Part shown: piece by piece, positions 50,742 to 60,924 of the stretch
Layout: every line of letters starts with the position of its first letter
Position numbering within the stretch: the stretch's first letter is position 1
Assembly: GCA_018302785.1 (NCBI GenBank)
Contig: JAGVZF010000012.1
Span: forward strand, 1,859 to 65,858
Origin: Candidatus Woesearchaeota archaeon
Lineage (GTDB): Archaea > Nanobdellota > Nanobdellia > SCGC-AAA011-G17 > JAGVZF01
Direction of reading: 5' to 3'
DNA length: 64,000 bases
Position numbers and translations under genes: made by a program
The notes under the pieces: generated by a model
Told to the model about the DNA's origin: nothing
The model's database searches: none
What the model saw: only the letters and a program-made list of their open reading frames with translations

Positions 50742-51527
50742 TTAAACACTGCCCTCCACTAATCCAGATTGTTTGTAATAAGTAGGTTTTACTTTAGTTT
50801 TGGTTAAGTTCTTTAAAGCTTCAAAATAAGCATACATTAAGTTAATTTTTGTTCTTGTTTGACCATATGTTTTTGAATGAATATCTTTAATTCCTGCTAA
50901 AGCTAATAATTTTCTTGTTTCTTTTTCTGTTGCTAATCCTGTCCCTTTTGGAGCTGGAAGTAGTTCTACCTTTACACTCCCACATCTTCCATAAACTTTA
51001 AATGGAATTGAATGGGGAGTAGAACATGAGCAGGCCCAACTTCCACAGCCCCTTCTAATATTAATTATATTTGTTTTAGCTGCTCTTTGTGCTTTTTCTC
51101 TTGCAGGTACAGTTTCTTTTGCTTTTCCAAGGCCAATTCCAACATGACCATTTTTATCTCCAACAATAACTAGGGTAGAAAATTTAGGTTTATTTCCCTC
51201 TTTAGTTTTTCTTTGAGTTTGTCTCCAAATACTTCTTTTACCACCCCCAAATTTACCTTTTGATTGCCCTATTAATGCAAAATCTGATTCTAAATTTGAA
51301 AGCAATACATCTACTATTTGAGGCTCTAATATTTTTATTCCAGAAGATAATATTTGATTTATATCAGTTATTTCCCTATTTTGAACTTTAATACCTAATT
51401 TAGTTCTTGGAATCCATGTGTCTATAAGTTCTTTTTTAATTACACCAATAGGAGGAACTTCTGCTTCACTTACAACTTTAACTTCAGGGATTTCAACTTC
51501 AGGTAAATTCTTATTTTCTTGTTCCAT
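50742..51527 (-). CDS. rps5: 30S ribosomal protein S5 (uS5)
   Basis: FSTLVIVGDKNGHVGIGLGKAKE...PAPKGTGL; synteny. Confidence 0.9.
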   Translation of the reverse strand: MEQENKNLPEVEIPEVKVVSEAEVPPIGVIKKELIDTWIPRTKLGIKVQNREITDINQILSSGIKILEPQIVDVLLSNLESDFALIGQSKGKFGGGKRSIWRQTQRKTKEGNKPKFSTLVIVGDKNGHVGIGLGKAKETVPAREKAQRAAKTNIINIRRGCGSWACSCSTPHSIPFKVYGRCGSVKVELLPAPKGTGLATEKETRKLLALAGIKDIHSKTYGQTRTKINLMYAYFEALKNLTKTKVKPTYYKQSGLVEGSV

Positions 51528-52105
51528 TATGACTCCTTACCAATTTGGTTTTTAACTTCTTTTATGACAATTTCTATCTTAGACATATCTAAACTTTTCT
51601 TTTTGTATGAAGAAAATTGATTAGTATCTGATGATTCAATTTTCTTAAAATATTGTGAAATATGACTCCCATGTAATTTTGATTCTTCGGGAAATATTTC
51701 TTCATTTGAGTGATTTGTTTTAACGCCTGCATCAATTAACCCTTTTAATGCGGCATATGATCTTGATTTTTTGATTGGAGAGTATATACCAAAATCTATT
51801 ACAACTTCACCAATATTATTTTTTGATAATTTTTTACCAAATAAGTAGCCTGTTAAGTATGCTGATGGTAAGTTTCCTCTATGATAGGGCCAACCTAATT
51901 TCTTTAATTCTGTTGAATGTGTTGATAAAATTATTTTATCTTGTTTTCTGTCAAATTTAATTAGTTGCAATAATAAATTGTTTAAATGTGTTCTAATAAC
52001 AACCCTAGGCTTATTTGCAGAAAGATACTTTACTCTCTTTCTATAATTTGTTTTCTTTTCTAATTTTCTTCTAAATTTAACTGTGTATTTTTTACCTGTT
52101 GACAT
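51527..52105 (-). CDS. rpl18: 50S ribosomal protein L18 (uL18)
   Basis: YTVKFRRKLEKKTNYRKRVKYL...PRVVIRTHLNN; synteny. Confidence 0.9.
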   Translation of the reverse strand: MSTGKKYTVKFRRKLEKKTNYRKRVKYLSANKPRVVIRTHLNNLLLQLIKFDRKQDKIILSTHSTELKKLGWPYHRGNLPSAYLTGYLFGKKLSKNNIGEVVIDFGIYSPIKKSRSYAALKGLIDAGVKTNHSNEEIFPEESKLHGSHISQYFKKIESSDTNQFSSYKKKSLDMSKIEIVIKEVKNQIGKES

Positions 52106-52559
52106 TTTTCTTTTCCAATAACATGTTATTTTCTTTAAGATAAATTTTTATGTGTCTTCTACTCCTGAAAAACCCACCAGAGACTTTTCTATAAAGGTTT
52201 CTATATTCTCCTTTAGGGATTAAATCTTTACTTCTAAGAATTAATATTAAATCTCTTTGAGTTCTAACTTTAGTCATCCAAGATTTTTTAGATGGATTTC
52301 TTGCTGTTTTTTTACCTTTTCTTGAACCTATCCCTCTTCTTCTTCCTAATTGTTTTTGGTGATGTAAAGATTTAGCTCTTCCCCTAGATATCCCTTTCTT
52401 CTTTTTTGCTATTATAATACCATTTTTTACTAATGATTTAATATCTGCTTTGGTAATTGCTTCTTTTATATCATCTAATTTATCTTTATTAAAAGATACC
52501 CTACCTAAACCACACTTAAGAATACTTGCTGCAATCCTTCTTTGTACTTTAAGATTCAT
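52092..52559 (-). CDS. rpl19e: 50S ribosomal protein L19e
   Basis: MNLKVQRRIAASILKCGLGRVSF; synteny. Confidence 0.9.
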   Translation of the reverse strand: MNLKVQRRIAASILKCGLGRVSFNKDKLDDIKEAITKADIKSLVKNGIIIAKKKKGISRGRAKSLHHQKQLGRRRGIGSRKGKKTARNPSKKSWMTKVRTQRDLILILRSKDLIPKGEYRNLYRKVSGGFFRSRRHIKIYLKENNMLLEKKNVNR

Positions 52560-53188
52560 CTCTTTTCTCCAGGAGTGATTTTAGTTCTTGTTACATTCAT
52601 TCTAGGTGCTTTATCCGGAGTGTCCATAATCTCTTTATGTGGTACTTCATGCGTATGTAATAATACATCTTTCTTTTCTTCTTCAAGTTCTTTTTTTATG
52701 TCTTTAACCTCTTTCTTTTTAGTTTGAGTTTTAATTTTAACAGATTTTTCTTTTTCTAGATGTTTCTTTTTTCTAGAATCAATAAGTTGTTGTAGTCTTT
52801 CTTTTGTTGAGTTTATATCTTTATAGTTTGATGTTTTAAAGTTCATACTCTGTGCTTTATCCAACATTTTTAGTCTGTTTTTTATTCCTATTGTTGATTT
52901 GAATAGTATTGAGTGTTTATTAGGATCTAATTTTGATATATCATTAATGTTAGAAACTATTACAGGAATTAAACCATTTCTATCTAAATAACGTATAAGT
53001 TTAGGAGATCTATATCCTGTAGATGGATTTTTAATATGACCTTTTCTTTTTAATCTAAGTTTATTATGCAGACCTCTTGGCTTTCTCCAAGTATCTTTGA
53101 GCTTAAGTTTTCTGTAGTTTCTTCTAACAAATTTAGGTTTGTGTTTTTTTGCTTCCAATCTTATTTTTAGTAGGTTTTCTTTATTCAT
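52556..53188 (-). CDS. rpl32e: 50S ribosomal protein L32e with a K/E-rich C-terminal extension
   Basis: KPKFVRRNYRKLKLKDTWRKPRGLHNKLRLKRKGH; synteny. Confidence 0.85.
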   Translation of the reverse strand: MNKENLLKIRLEAKKHKPKFVRRNYRKLKLKDTWRKPRGLHNKLRLKRKGHIKNPSTGYRSPKLIRYLDRNGLIPVIVSNINDISKLDPNKHSILFKSTIGIKNRLKMLDKAQSMNFKTSNYKDINSTKERLQQLIDSRKKKHLEKEKSVKIKTQTKKKEVKDIKKELEEEKKDVLLHTHEVPHKEIMDTPDKAPRMNVTRTKITPGEKR

Positions 53189-53744
53189 TTTGAATTCCTT
53201 TTTCTATTATCCATATACCATCCATGAATCTCCTTCTATCTTTATTTGTGATTCTTGTTGCTTGTTCTATACTAGAACTCATTCTCCCTGCTAATTCTTT
53301 ATCTACACTGGAGATACTTATAATGTCTCCATCTATATTAACATTAACGTTATTTATTAGTTTGACTTTTCTTGGTATTTTTTCACCTAAGAAATTTTTT
53401 ATTAATATATTTTCTTTATCCATTGACAAACTCATTGGAAAATGTCCGGAGCAAACTTTAAGTTTATAATTATACGTTTTACTTACACCACCTACCATAT
53501 TTTTAATATGCGCTGTAAATGTGTTTAATATTTTTTTTTCTCTTTTAGAAACATTGCCAACAGTTTTAAGATTTATTTCTTTATTATTTATTGAAATAAT
53601 AACTTTTGGATGTGCAAAAGCTCTTGAAGATTCGCCTTTTGGACCACTAACTATTAAGAGATTATCTTTTAAAGATATTTTAGTACCTTCTTGAATTTCA
53701 ATTGTTGAATTATATTCTTTTTTACTAACCATTTTCAATAACAA
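53181..53744 (-). CDS. rpl6: 50S ribosomal protein L6 (uL6)
   Basis: Two-domain uL6 pattern (…LKVCSGHFPMSLSMDKENILIKNFLGEK…); synteny. Confidence 0.9.
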   Translation of the reverse strand: MLLKMVSKKEYNSTIEIQEGTKISLKDNLLIVSGPKGESSRAFAHPKVIISINNKEINLKTVGNVSKREKKILNTFTAHIKNMVGGVSKTYNYKLKVCSGHFPMSLSMDKENILIKNFLGEKIPRKVKLINNVNVNIDGDIISISSVDKELAGRMSSSIEQATRITNKDRRRFMDGIWIIEKGIQNE

Positions 53745-54127
53745 TAAGCTAATAATCTACCCCCAAGACCTTTTTCTATTGCTTCTAGATGAGTCATTAT
53801 TCCTTTTTGCGTCGATACTATTAAGATACCAAAGTTCTTTGCTGGTAAAAATCTTTTTTCATATTTTTCAAAATTATCTTTCCTAACAGAGAATCTTGGT
53901 TTTATAGAACCACATTTATTTACTCTACCCATTAACTGAACTTTAATTTTTTGTCCATTTGTACCTTCTATATCATTGAATTCTCCAATGTATTCATTAT
54001 TCTTCATTAAATTTAACACTTCTTTAATTAATTTAGAAGACTGTGGAATACTACATTCAGATTTTCCAACTTTTTCACTGTTTAGTATGCTTGAAAGTGT
54101 ATTTGATAGTGTATCGTTTAATGACAT
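53735..54127 (-). CDS. rps8: 30S ribosomal protein S8 (uS8)
   Basis: DTLSNTLSSILNSEKVGK...ILIVSTQKGIMTHLEA; synteny. Confidence 0.9.
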   Translation of the reverse strand: MSLNDTLSNTLSSILNSEKVGKSECSIPQSSKLIKEVLNLMKNNEYIGEFNDIEGTNGQKIKVQLMGRVNKCGSIKPRFSVRKDNFEKYEKRFLPAKNFGILIVSTQKGIMTHLEAIEKGLGGRLLAYCY

Positions 54128-54136
54128 TTTTTATCC

Positions 54137-54367
54137 TCAACTATATTTTTTGAATCCGATTTTTTTTGCAATGTCCCTAAAACATTGTCTACATAGATGT
54201 ATGCCATATTTTTGAATATGTGCACCAAACCTCTCACATCTACTGCATCTTCTTGTACCTATTCCAAATGATCTTTTTTTAGGTGCATTGTGTTTTTCGT
54301 ATTTTGCTAATTTTACTGGCTTATTTACCAATTGCTTGAATGCTTTTTGATAATTACTTATTGTCAT
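54137..54367 (-). CDS. rps14: 30S ribosomal protein S14 (uS14, zinc type)
   Basis: RRCSRCERFGAHIQKYGIHLCRQCFRDIAKKIGFKKY. Confidence 0.85.
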   Translation of the reverse strand: MTISNYQKAFKQLVNKPVKLAKYEKHNAPKKRSFGIGTRRCSRCERFGAHIQKYGIHLCRQCFRDIAKKIGFKKYS

Positions 54368-54884
54368 CTTCTTTAACCTTCACATTAAATTTTGTTTTTA
54401 GATAATTTATTACGTCATCTTTTGTTATCTTATGTTTTATTGGTATTAATGTTTTTTTATAACGTCTCTTTGAAATTCTATAACCATATCTTTGAAATGT
54501 AATTGCTGCTTCTAAACCAATAATTCCTATACTTGGATTATAGGGAACTTGTGGGATGTCTATGTATTCTGGAATTCCAAAAGACAAATTACCAAGCTCA
54601 TCAAATTTTTTTAATAATAATGTTCTATCAACAGCATCTAAAAGTCTATTTAAGAGTACTTCAGCTTTTTTCCCTCTTACTGTTACTTTACAACCAATTT
54701 CTAATCTGGGTCTAAGACCCCAAGTAGGGATTCTTTTCATAGTCTTAGTTTTAATTGGTTTTTGATTTGTTATTGTTTGTAATAGAGTTACAGCTTTGTC
54801 TAATCTTTCACCTGGCTGTCCAGTACCTATATTTAAGGTAACTTTCTCTATTCTTACTGCCCGCATATTATTATTAAGATTCAT
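54354..54884 (-). CDS. rpl5: 50S ribosomal protein L5 (uL5)
   Basis: MRAVRIEKVTLNIGTGQPGERL...FGIPEYIDIP; synteny. Confidence 0.9.
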   Translation of the reverse strand: MNLNNNMRAVRIEKVTLNIGTGQPGERLDKAVTLLQTITNQKPIKTKTMKRIPTWGLRPRLEIGCKVTVRGKKAEVLLNRLLDAVDRTLLLKKFDELGNLSFGIPEYIDIPQVPYNPSIGIIGLEAAITFQRYGYRISKRRYKKTLIPIKHKITKDDVINYLKTKFNVKVKEDDNK

Positions 54885-55587
54885 TTTCAGGTGTTGTTAT
54901 TACTGATTTATCATCTCCAATTACAAATGCATACTCTTTTAATGTTTCATTTTTTGTCTTATCTAATGTAAATAATATCTTAGATTGTTGTGTTCCATTT
55001 GCTTTTGTAATTGAAACTACTTTACCTACATGGCCTATTTTACTTCCTCCCGTAAGGTATATTATTGATCCTTCTTTTAATGGTAAATGGTCTACAATTT
55101 TATTTGTTAAAAGATCCATAATTAATGTATCAGAAACTTTATAACTATCTTTATCTACTAATATATTTTTACCATTAGAAAGATTTAATTGCATTTTCTT
55201 ATTTTTTAATAAAGTTTTTGTTAAAATTTTAAATGGTTTTTTAATTGATTCTTCCTTAGAAATTTTTGTTAAAATTATTTTTCCTTTTTTATTCAACAAT
55301 ACTCTATAATTTTCATTAAGTTTGTCAAAGGAAATTGTGTCCATTAAACCTACTGCAAAATGATAATCTTTTCTTATTTTTGAATCTACTTTTATATCAC
55401 CATTATTTATTATTTCTTTAACATCTCTCTGAGAGTTTGAGTAACCTAGAATATATTTTAATAAAATGCTTAAGTTTATACTAGACCCTAAACTATGTGG
55501 TCCCGGAGATGTCCTAGTTATCCATTTTCTTCCTTTTCTTGGAATGTTCCATAACTTTGGTGAAGCTATTCTTGATAAATGTGCCAT
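54874..55587 (-). CDS. rps4e: 30S ribosomal protein S4e
   Basis: MAHLSRIASPKLWNIPRKGRKWITRTSPGPHS. Confidence 0.9.
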   Translation of the reverse strand: MAHLSRIASPKLWNIPRKGRKWITRTSPGPHSLGSSINLSILLKYILGYSNSQRDVKEIINNGDIKVDSKIRKDYHFAVGLMDTISFDKLNENYRVLLNKKGKIILTKISKEESIKKPFKILTKTLLKNKKMQLNLSNGKNILVDKDSYKVSDTLIMDLLTNKIVDHLPLKEGSIIYLTGGSKIGHVGKVVSITKANGTQQSKILFTLDKTKNETLKEYAFVIGDDKSVITTPENES

Positions 55588-55974
55588 TTATTTTGCCCCT
55601 GGTTTAACTCCTTTCATTCTTCTTTTATCTTCTAAAAATAATTCAAGAATCATTAAGTTGGATGCATGTATTGGGTAAAATACTTTAGAGCCATCTTTTT
55701 TTGATAATGTGGCGTTTTCAACAAAAACCCTATATTTCCTTCTAAATACTTGTGTGATTTTTCCAGATGATTTTTTGAATTGTCCCCTCACAATTTTAAC
55801 AGTGTCTCCTTTTCTTATTGGCATTGAATTCTTTTTGTATTTATTCTTTAGAGTATCTGAAAGTTGCGCAGACATTAATTTAGATCTAATATGACTAGGA
55901 GCATTATGAAGATACTTTCTTTGTTTTCTAGGTTGTTTACTTGATTTCCAAGATAATGAAAATTTTGTTTTCAT
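55588..55974 (-). CDS. rpl24: 50S ribosomal protein L24 (uL24)
   Basis: KOW motif IRKGDTVKIVRGQFKKSSGKITQV. The start at ATG 55974 forms an ATGA overlap with the rpl14 stop. Confidence 0.9.
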   Translation of the reverse strand: MKTKFSLSWKSSKQPRKQRKYLHNAPSHIRSKLMSAQLSDTLKNKYKKNSMPIRKGDTVKIVRGQFKKSSGKITQVFRRKYRVFVENATLSKKDGSKVFYPIHASNLMILELFLEDKRRMKGVKPGAK

Positions 55975-56378
55975 ACTACTATCCTCGCTAATTTTGTTAT
56001 TGCAGGCCATCTATAAGATACTTCTTTTGCAACAGGTCCTTTTATTAAGGTGCCTTTTGGATTGCCTTTTTCGTCTTTTAATACAACTAATGCATTATCT
56101 TCAAATTTTATTCTTGTACCATCAGGTCTTCTATATTCTTTTCTTTGTCTTACAATTATACATGGAACAACTTGTTTTCTCATTTCTTGAGTCCCTTTAA
56201 CAACTGATGCAAATACTAAGTCTCCTACGCCTGCAGCAGCATTTCTACCTTTAGTAGTTTTACCGCCCCCACCCTTTACAGCTACAATTACCAATTTCTT
56301 TGCACCAGAATTATCACAAGAATCAACTTGTGATCTCCTTGGGATTCCTCGTGTTATTCTTGATCTTTGTGTCTTCAT
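55971..56378 (-). CDS. rpl14: 50S ribosomal protein L14 (uL14)
   Basis: DNSGAKKLVIVAVKG...VGDLVFASVVKG...IKFEDNALVVL. Confidence 0.9.
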   Translation of the reverse strand: MKTQRSRITRGIPRRSQVDSCDNSGAKKLVIVAVKGGGGKTTKGRNAAAGVGDLVFASVVKGTQEMRKQVVPCIIVRQRKEYRRPDGTRIKFEDNALVVLKDEKGNPKGTLIKGPVAKEVSYRWPAITKLARIVV

Positions 56379-56379
56379 T

Positions 56380-56706
56380 TTATATCCTTGAAATTATAAC
56401 AAATTTTTTTGTTTTACTAATAGGTCTGCATTCCATTACTTGTACATTATCATTAAGAGTTGCATTTATACAAGGAGGATTGTGAACTTTTAATCTTGTT
56501 TTTCTTTTTTCATATCTTTCATATTTCCTTAGATAAAATGGTCTTGCCCATTCTATTATTGCTGTTTTATTTAAATCTCTAGATACTATAGTACCTGTAA
56601 ATGTTCTTCCCCTTACAGAAAGTTTGCTATGAAAAGGACAATGCTTATCTGTGCATGAAGTCTTTGGGACTTCTACATTAATTCCTATATTTATTTTATC
56701 TTTCAT
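56380..56706 (-). CDS. rps17: 30S ribosomal protein S17 (uS17)
   Basis: CTDKHCPFHSKLSVRGRTFTGTIVSRDLNKTAIIEW. Confidence 0.9.
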   Translation of the reverse strand: MKDKINIGINVEVPKTSCTDKHCPFHSKLSVRGRTFTGTIVSRDLNKTAIIEWARPFYLRKYERYEKRKTRLKVHNPPCINATLNDNVQVMECRPISKTKKFVIISRI

Positions 56707-56932
56707 CTTCTAATTTTATCTTCTTGCCCCCTATTAGTGAGGTACCATTTGATTTTATTGTCATGTTATTTTTTGTTATTAAAACAAATTTTATTTGATT
56801 TTTAATTACATTTTTTACTTTATTATTTGATTTTACTATTATAGTATTTCTAGTTTCATCTATTACAGTTCCCTTCAAGCCATTTAAGGTCAGATTTTTC
56901 GAGTCTACTATGTCTATTTGAGCGCCTATCAT
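56696..56932 (-). CDS. rnp1: RNase P protein component 1 (Rpp29/Pop4)
   Basis: IGAQIDIVDSKNLTLNGLKGTVIDETRNTIIV (Sm-like). Conserved position between L29/SUI1 and S17. Confidence 0.8.
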   Translation of the reverse strand: MIGAQIDIVDSKNLTLNGLKGTVIDETRNTIIVKSNNKVKNVIKNQIKFVLITKNNMTIKSNGTSLIGGKKIKLEDER

Positions 56933-56948
56933 TTTTTTCCTTTTATTT

Positions 56949-57257
56949 TTAGTCTGTGTTTATTGTGTTTGGATTAAATCCAATGGCAATTAATTCTTCT
57001 TTTACTCTTTGCACATGATCCCCTTGTAATTCTATGATGTTGTTTTTTATTGTTCCACCACATGCAAGTTTGGATTTCAACTGTTTGGCAACATTTTTAA
57101 TGTCAATGTCACCTTTACTTATGCCTTCGATTATTGTGGTTATTTTGCCAAATCTTCTTTTAACTTTTCTAATGCTAATTCTTTGTTCTTCTTTGGCAAT
57201 AACTTCACAAACACAAAGCTCTTTATTTAGTCCACATTTAGGACATACGTCAGGCAT
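56949..57257 (-). CDS. sui1: Translation initiation factor aIF1 (SUI1)
   Basis: N-terminal CPKCG..C.C zinc knuckle; RFGKITTIIEGI...LKSKLACGGTIKNNIIELQGDH. Confidence 0.9.
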   Translation of the reverse strand: MPDVCPKCGLNKELCVCEVIAKEEQRISIRKVKRRFGKITTIIEGISKGDIDIKNVAKQLKSKLACGGTIKNNIIELQGDHVQRVKEELIAIGFNPNTINTD

Positions 57258-57468
57258 TGCTTTTTAATACCTCCTGTTTGTTGTTCATTTTATTTTTTAT
57301 TCTTGCAATAGTTTTCTTAATACATCTCATTCTTCCTGGATTTTCAGGAAGAGTTCCCATTGCAACTTGTGATTTGTATTTTATTAGTTCTTTATTTAAT
57401 TCTAGCATTTTTGCATTCAATTGATCATTATTCATTTCCCTTATTTCTTTATTTCTTAGTATTACCAT
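57250..57468 (-). CDS. rpl29: 50S ribosomal protein L29 (uL29)
   Basis: LRNKEIREMNNDQLNAKMLELNKELIKYKSQV. Confidence 0.9.
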   Translation of the reverse strand: MVILRNKEIREMNNDQLNAKMLELNKELIKYKSQVAMGTLPENPGRMRCIKKTIARIKNKMNNKQEVLKSNA

Positions 57469-58231
57469 CTTTTGTTTTTTTTACCTTTGGTTTTTTTTCT
57501 TCTTTTTCTTTTTTGATTTTCTTTATTGTAGATTCACTTTTTGTTTTATGTTCTTTTATTTCTTTATCTCCAATTTGTTCTTCTTTAATTTCTTCTTTAT
57601 CAATTGGTTCTACTTTTGGGAGTTCTTTCTCTTGTTCTTTAAATTTTATTTTATCTGGAAGTTTTATATCTGGGGTTAATAACATCACTTTAACACCAAC
57701 AGATCCTGATTTTAAATGAGCAACTGCATATCCATAATTAACAAAGTTTTCAGCAATATCTCCAGATTTTTTTAGATAACCTGCAGAAAATCTCCATGAT
57801 TTTGCTCTGCTACTTGGGATACCTCTCCCAGATATTATAATTTCTGCGCCAAGAGCTCCTGCATCAATTATTCTTTGTAACATTTGATATCCAAGCGATT
57901 TAAATCTCTTAGGACCAAATCTTTCAAATGTGTGGGTAATATTTTTTGCAATTGTTTTTGCATTTAAATTTGGATTAGTTACTTCAGCTACTTCTACTTG
58001 TGGGTTTTCCATATTAAATTTAGATTTAAGAATATCAGTAAGCTCTTTAATCTTAGATCCTTTTCTACCTACAATTAAACCAGGTTTTGATGTGTGTATA
58101 ATTATTCTTTCTCCTAAAGGAGTTCTTTGAATTTCTGTATGAGAATATCCATCTTTATCTAATATATTTGAGACAAATTCTTCTATTTTAAATTCTTTCA
58201 TCTTCCTTGAAATAAATTGTTTCTCAATCAT
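57449..58231 (-). CDS. rps3: 30S ribosomal protein S3 (uS3) with a Lys-rich C-terminal tail
   Basis: KH domain IIHTSKPGLIVGRKGSKIKEL; GAEIIISGRGIPSSRAKS. Confidence 0.9.
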   Translation of the reverse strand: MIEKQFISRKMKEFKIEEFVSNILDKDGYSHTEIQRTPLGERIIIHTSKPGLIVGRKGSKIKELTDILKSKFNMENPQVEVAEVTNPNLNAKTIAKNITHTFERFGPKRFKSLGYQMLQRIIDAGALGAEIIISGRGIPSSRAKSWRFSAGYLKKSGDIAENFVNYGYAVAHLKSGSVGVKVMLLTPDIKLPDKIKFKEQEKELPKVEPIDKEEIKEEQIGDKEIKEHKTKSESTIKKIKKEKEEKKPKVKKTKDGNTKK

Positions 58232-58704
58232 TTTTTGTTTAGTTCTTTATTTATTTGTGACTCTTCTAAAATTATTTCTATATGGGTTCTTTTCATTTTT
58301 ATTCCTCTATGTCTTCCAGGATGGAACATTTTATTACCTTTATTTGCAATTAATTTTGAAATTACTAATTTTTCTGTGTCTAATCCTTTATTCTCCGCAT
58401 TTGCTTCTGCAGAGTTTAATAATTTTAAAATTTCAAATGAAGCTTTTCCAGGATACCTTCCTGCAGCCATTCCAGGCTTGTGGCCAGTATCCATATTATA
58501 TCTTTTAAATGGAATAGCTATTTTTTTATTCATAACGTCATTAAGGATTCTTTGTGCTTTCTTTAATTCTTTATATCTTAAGAAATCACATATCTCTACA
58601 GATTTTTTTAATGATATAGGTAAGTTTTGCGCTCTAGCTACAGCTATGTGGTCAGCTTCTAAATTTACTTTCTTCTCCTTGATGTTTGTTTTAATTTTAG
58701 CCAT
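58228..58704 (-). CDS. rpl22: 50S ribosomal protein L22 (uL22)
   Basis: ARAQNLPISLKKSVEICDFLR...HIEIIL; synteny. Confidence 0.9.
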   Translation of the reverse strand: MAKIKTNIKEKKVNLEADHIAVARAQNLPISLKKSVEICDFLRYKELKKAQRILNDVMNKKIAIPFKRYNMDTGHKPGMAAGRYPGKASFEILKLLNSAEANAENKGLDTEKLVISKLIANKGNKMFHPGRHRGIKMKRTHIEIILEESQINKELNKK

Positions 58705-58706
58705 TT

Positions 58707-59102
58707 TTATTTGACTGAGACTGAAGCGCTTGATTTAGTTGCTCCAATACCAGGTGCTGAGTGTTTGACTTTAACTCTTGTTTGTGTGAATTCTCCTAAA
58801 TAATGACCCAACATTTCTTCTGTAATTGTTACAGGAGTAAATTCCTTGCCTTGATAAACTGAAATTGTTAAACCGAGCATGTCCGGTATTATAATTATGT
58901 CTCTGCAGTGAGTTTTTATTTGTTTTTTGTAAACTCCTGATTTTGCTTTTTTTATTTTTTCAATAAGCTTTTTTTGTGATGGGGTAAATCCTCTTTTTAA
59001 TGACCTTCTCGCCCTGGATGTAGATAATAAAATAAATTCTTCTATTGATATCTTCTTTAGATCTTCTATTGATTTACCTCGATATAATATTTCTTTTGCC
59101 AT
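58707..59102 (-). CDS. rps19: 30S ribosomal protein S19 (uS19)
   Basis: MLGLTISVYQGKEFTPVTITEEMLGHYLGEFTQTR. Confidence 0.9.
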   Translation of the reverse strand: MAKEILYRGKSIEDLKKISIEEFILLSTSRARRSLKRGFTPSQKKLIEKIKKAKSGVYKKQIKTHCRDIIIIPDMLGLTISVYQGKEFTPVTITEEMLGHYLGEFTQTRVKVKHSAPGIGATKSSASVSVK

Positions 59103-59104
59103 CT

Positions 59105-59830
59105 TTATTTCTTAATACCAGTTCTCCTTGCTCTTATTAATCCCACTTTTCTTCCAGGTGGAGCAAACTTACCTATAGTTTTTGATTTACCTATGTGTTT
59201 ACCTCTACCTGAACCGAATGGATGATCAACAGCGTTCATTGAAACTCCTGATGTTAGTGGATATAGTCTATTTCTAGCTTTCATTGCATAGAATCTCTTG
59301 CCTGCTTTTGCAAATGGCTTTTCTAATCTCCCAGAACCAGAAACAATTCCTATTGTTGCTCTGCAAAATTCACTAAATGTTTTTTCTTTTTTTGATGGAA
59401 ATTGTACTGTGATTTTATTTTCTGATTTTCCTACTATTTTAGCAGATGAGCCACTACTTCTAATGTATTTACCACCATCTCCAGGATTTCCTTCAATGTT
59501 ATATATGGAAGTTCCAATCGGAATATTTTTTAGAGGAAGAATATTTCCGTTTTCTACTGGAGCATTAATTCCAGAGTAAACTTCTTTATTTGTAAATGCT
59601 CCCATAGGAGCTGCTAATAATATTTCATCTCCTGTTTCAAATTTAATTTTTACTAAAGGTGCTGAGTGTCCTGGGCAATGAATTAAATCAATTATTCTTC
59701 CTGGAACGCTGCTATTTTTTTCTTTTTCATCATAAGGTCTATAACTAATTTTTCCTTTGAAACGATGACTAGGAGACCTATAAGTAGTTGTTCCTCGTCC
59801 TCTACGTTGTGGTATTATTCTTTTACCCAT
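59105..59830 (-). CDS. rpl2: 50S ribosomal protein L2 (uL2)
   Basis: MGKRIIPQRRGRGTTTYRSPSHRFKG...MNAVDHPFGSGRGKH. Confidence 0.95.
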   Translation of the reverse strand: MGKRIIPQRRGRGTTTYRSPSHRFKGKISYRPYDEKEKNSSVPGRIIDLIHCPGHSAPLVKIKFETGDEILLAAPMGAFTNKEVYSGINAPVENGNILPLKNIPIGTSIYNIEGNPGDGGKYIRSSGSSAKIVGKSENKITVQFPSKKEKTFSEFCRATIGIVSGSGRLEKPFAKAGKRFYAMKARNRLYPLTSGVSMNAVDHPFGSGRGKHIGKSKTIGKFAPPGRKVGLIRARRTGIKK

Positions 59831-59831
59831 T

Positions 59832-60092
59832 TTATATTAAACCTAGTTGAGTAGCAACATCTATTGCCGGAGTTTCTTGTGAAAGCTTTACATATGCTTT
59901 CTTTAACCCTTGATTTGTGATTAAAGTATTTACTTTAATTACTTTTACATTAAATGCTTTCTCAACTGCTACTTTTATTTGTTGTTTATTTGATTTTCTA
60001 AAAACTATTAATATTAATTTATTTTCCATTTCCATAACTCTAACAGACTTTTCTGTTGCTAGAGGGTATTGAATTATTTTGTATGGGTCCAT
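59832..60092 (-). CDS. rpl23: 50S ribosomal protein L23 (uL23)
   Basis: [25 protein letters not shown]...[12 protein letters not shown]. Confidence 0.9.
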   Translation of the reverse strand: MDPYKIIQYPLATEKSVRVMEMENKLILIVFRKSNKQQIKVAVEKAFNVKVIKVNTLITNQGLKKAYVKLSQETPAIDVATQLGLI

Positions 60093-60093
60093 T

Positions 60094-60924
60094 TTATTCT
60101 TTTAATTTTATTTTCCTTGTAAATTTCATAAATAATTTTTCTTTGTGCATTTTCTCTATTGATTTATTAGACCATAAGATTAATCTACCAGGATTAGCCC
60201 CAGGAGCTAGTAATTCTGCATTTAATTGGCTTACAATGGAAATATCAAAACCAGGAAGATTTTTAGCTGCTTTGAATAAATTGCAGTCTTGTGAAACTAC
60301 AAATAAAGGACCTTTTTTAACTCTATATTTTCTTCCTCTTATCTTTGCAGATCCACCTTTTACTTTTTTCTTTGCTGATTTTTCTAATTCTAATGAGAGT
60401 CCTAGTTTTAATAATAAGTTTTTAATATCTTTTGTTTTCGTAATTTTTTCGAAATCTTCTATTAGTATTAATGGTGCTTTAGCAGTATAACCTTTTTCTT
60501 GTAATAATTCTTTGTTTAAAGAAGCTGATATTGCTGATCTTATTGCTTTCCTTCTTTCATTAATATTTAATTTTTGACTAAAATCTTTTTCTGCTTTTGG
60601 AGGATGTGCTTTTCTTCCCCCCACTGTATTTGGAGCAAATGCACCAACCCAACCAAATTGCCTTCCTCTGTGCCAAGTTACTTTTCTTGGAGATCTTGAA
60701 ATTCCATGGCCATAACTTGTTTTATAGTCTCTTCTTCTTTTTGATATTCTTACAGCTTGTCTTTTTCCTGCTTCTGGAAAAGCCCCGTAAGGCTGTCTTT
60801 TATTATTTTGAACTGCTAAGACAGCTTTCTTAATTAAGTCTAATCTTAATGGTTCTTCAAACTGAGATGGAAGTTCCATACTTTCTATTTTATTTGCATT
60901 TAAATCAAGGATGTCAGCTTTCAT
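60094..60924 (-). CDS. rpl4: 50S ribosomal protein L4 (uL4)
   Basis: [39 protein letters not shown]. Confidence 0.9.
   Translation of the reverse strand: MKADILDLNANKIESMELPSQFEEPLRLDLIKKAVLAVQNNKRQPYGAFPEAGKRQAVRISKRRRDYKTSYGHGISRSPRKVTWHRGRQFGWVGAFAPNTVGGRKAHPPKAEKDFSQKLNINERRKAIRSAISASLNKELLQEKGYTAKAPLILIEDFEKITKTKDIKNLLLKLGLSLELEKSAKKKVKGGSAKIRGRKYRVKKGPLFVVSQDCNLFKAAKNLPGFDISIVSQLNAELLAPGANPGRLILWSNKSIEKMHKEKLFMKFTRKIKLKE

Noticed and set aside
57360-58714. Long F/L/S-rich ORFs on the plus strand (57360-57719, 58217-58714, also 60056-60490, 45029-45325, 27397-27843, 19007-19487)
   Set aside because: They lie antisense to well-supported K/E-rich genes (S3, L22, L4, Alba, prefoldin, FKBP/FtsZ). 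Their low-complexity composition is what the antisense of AAA/GAA-rich coding sequence produces.
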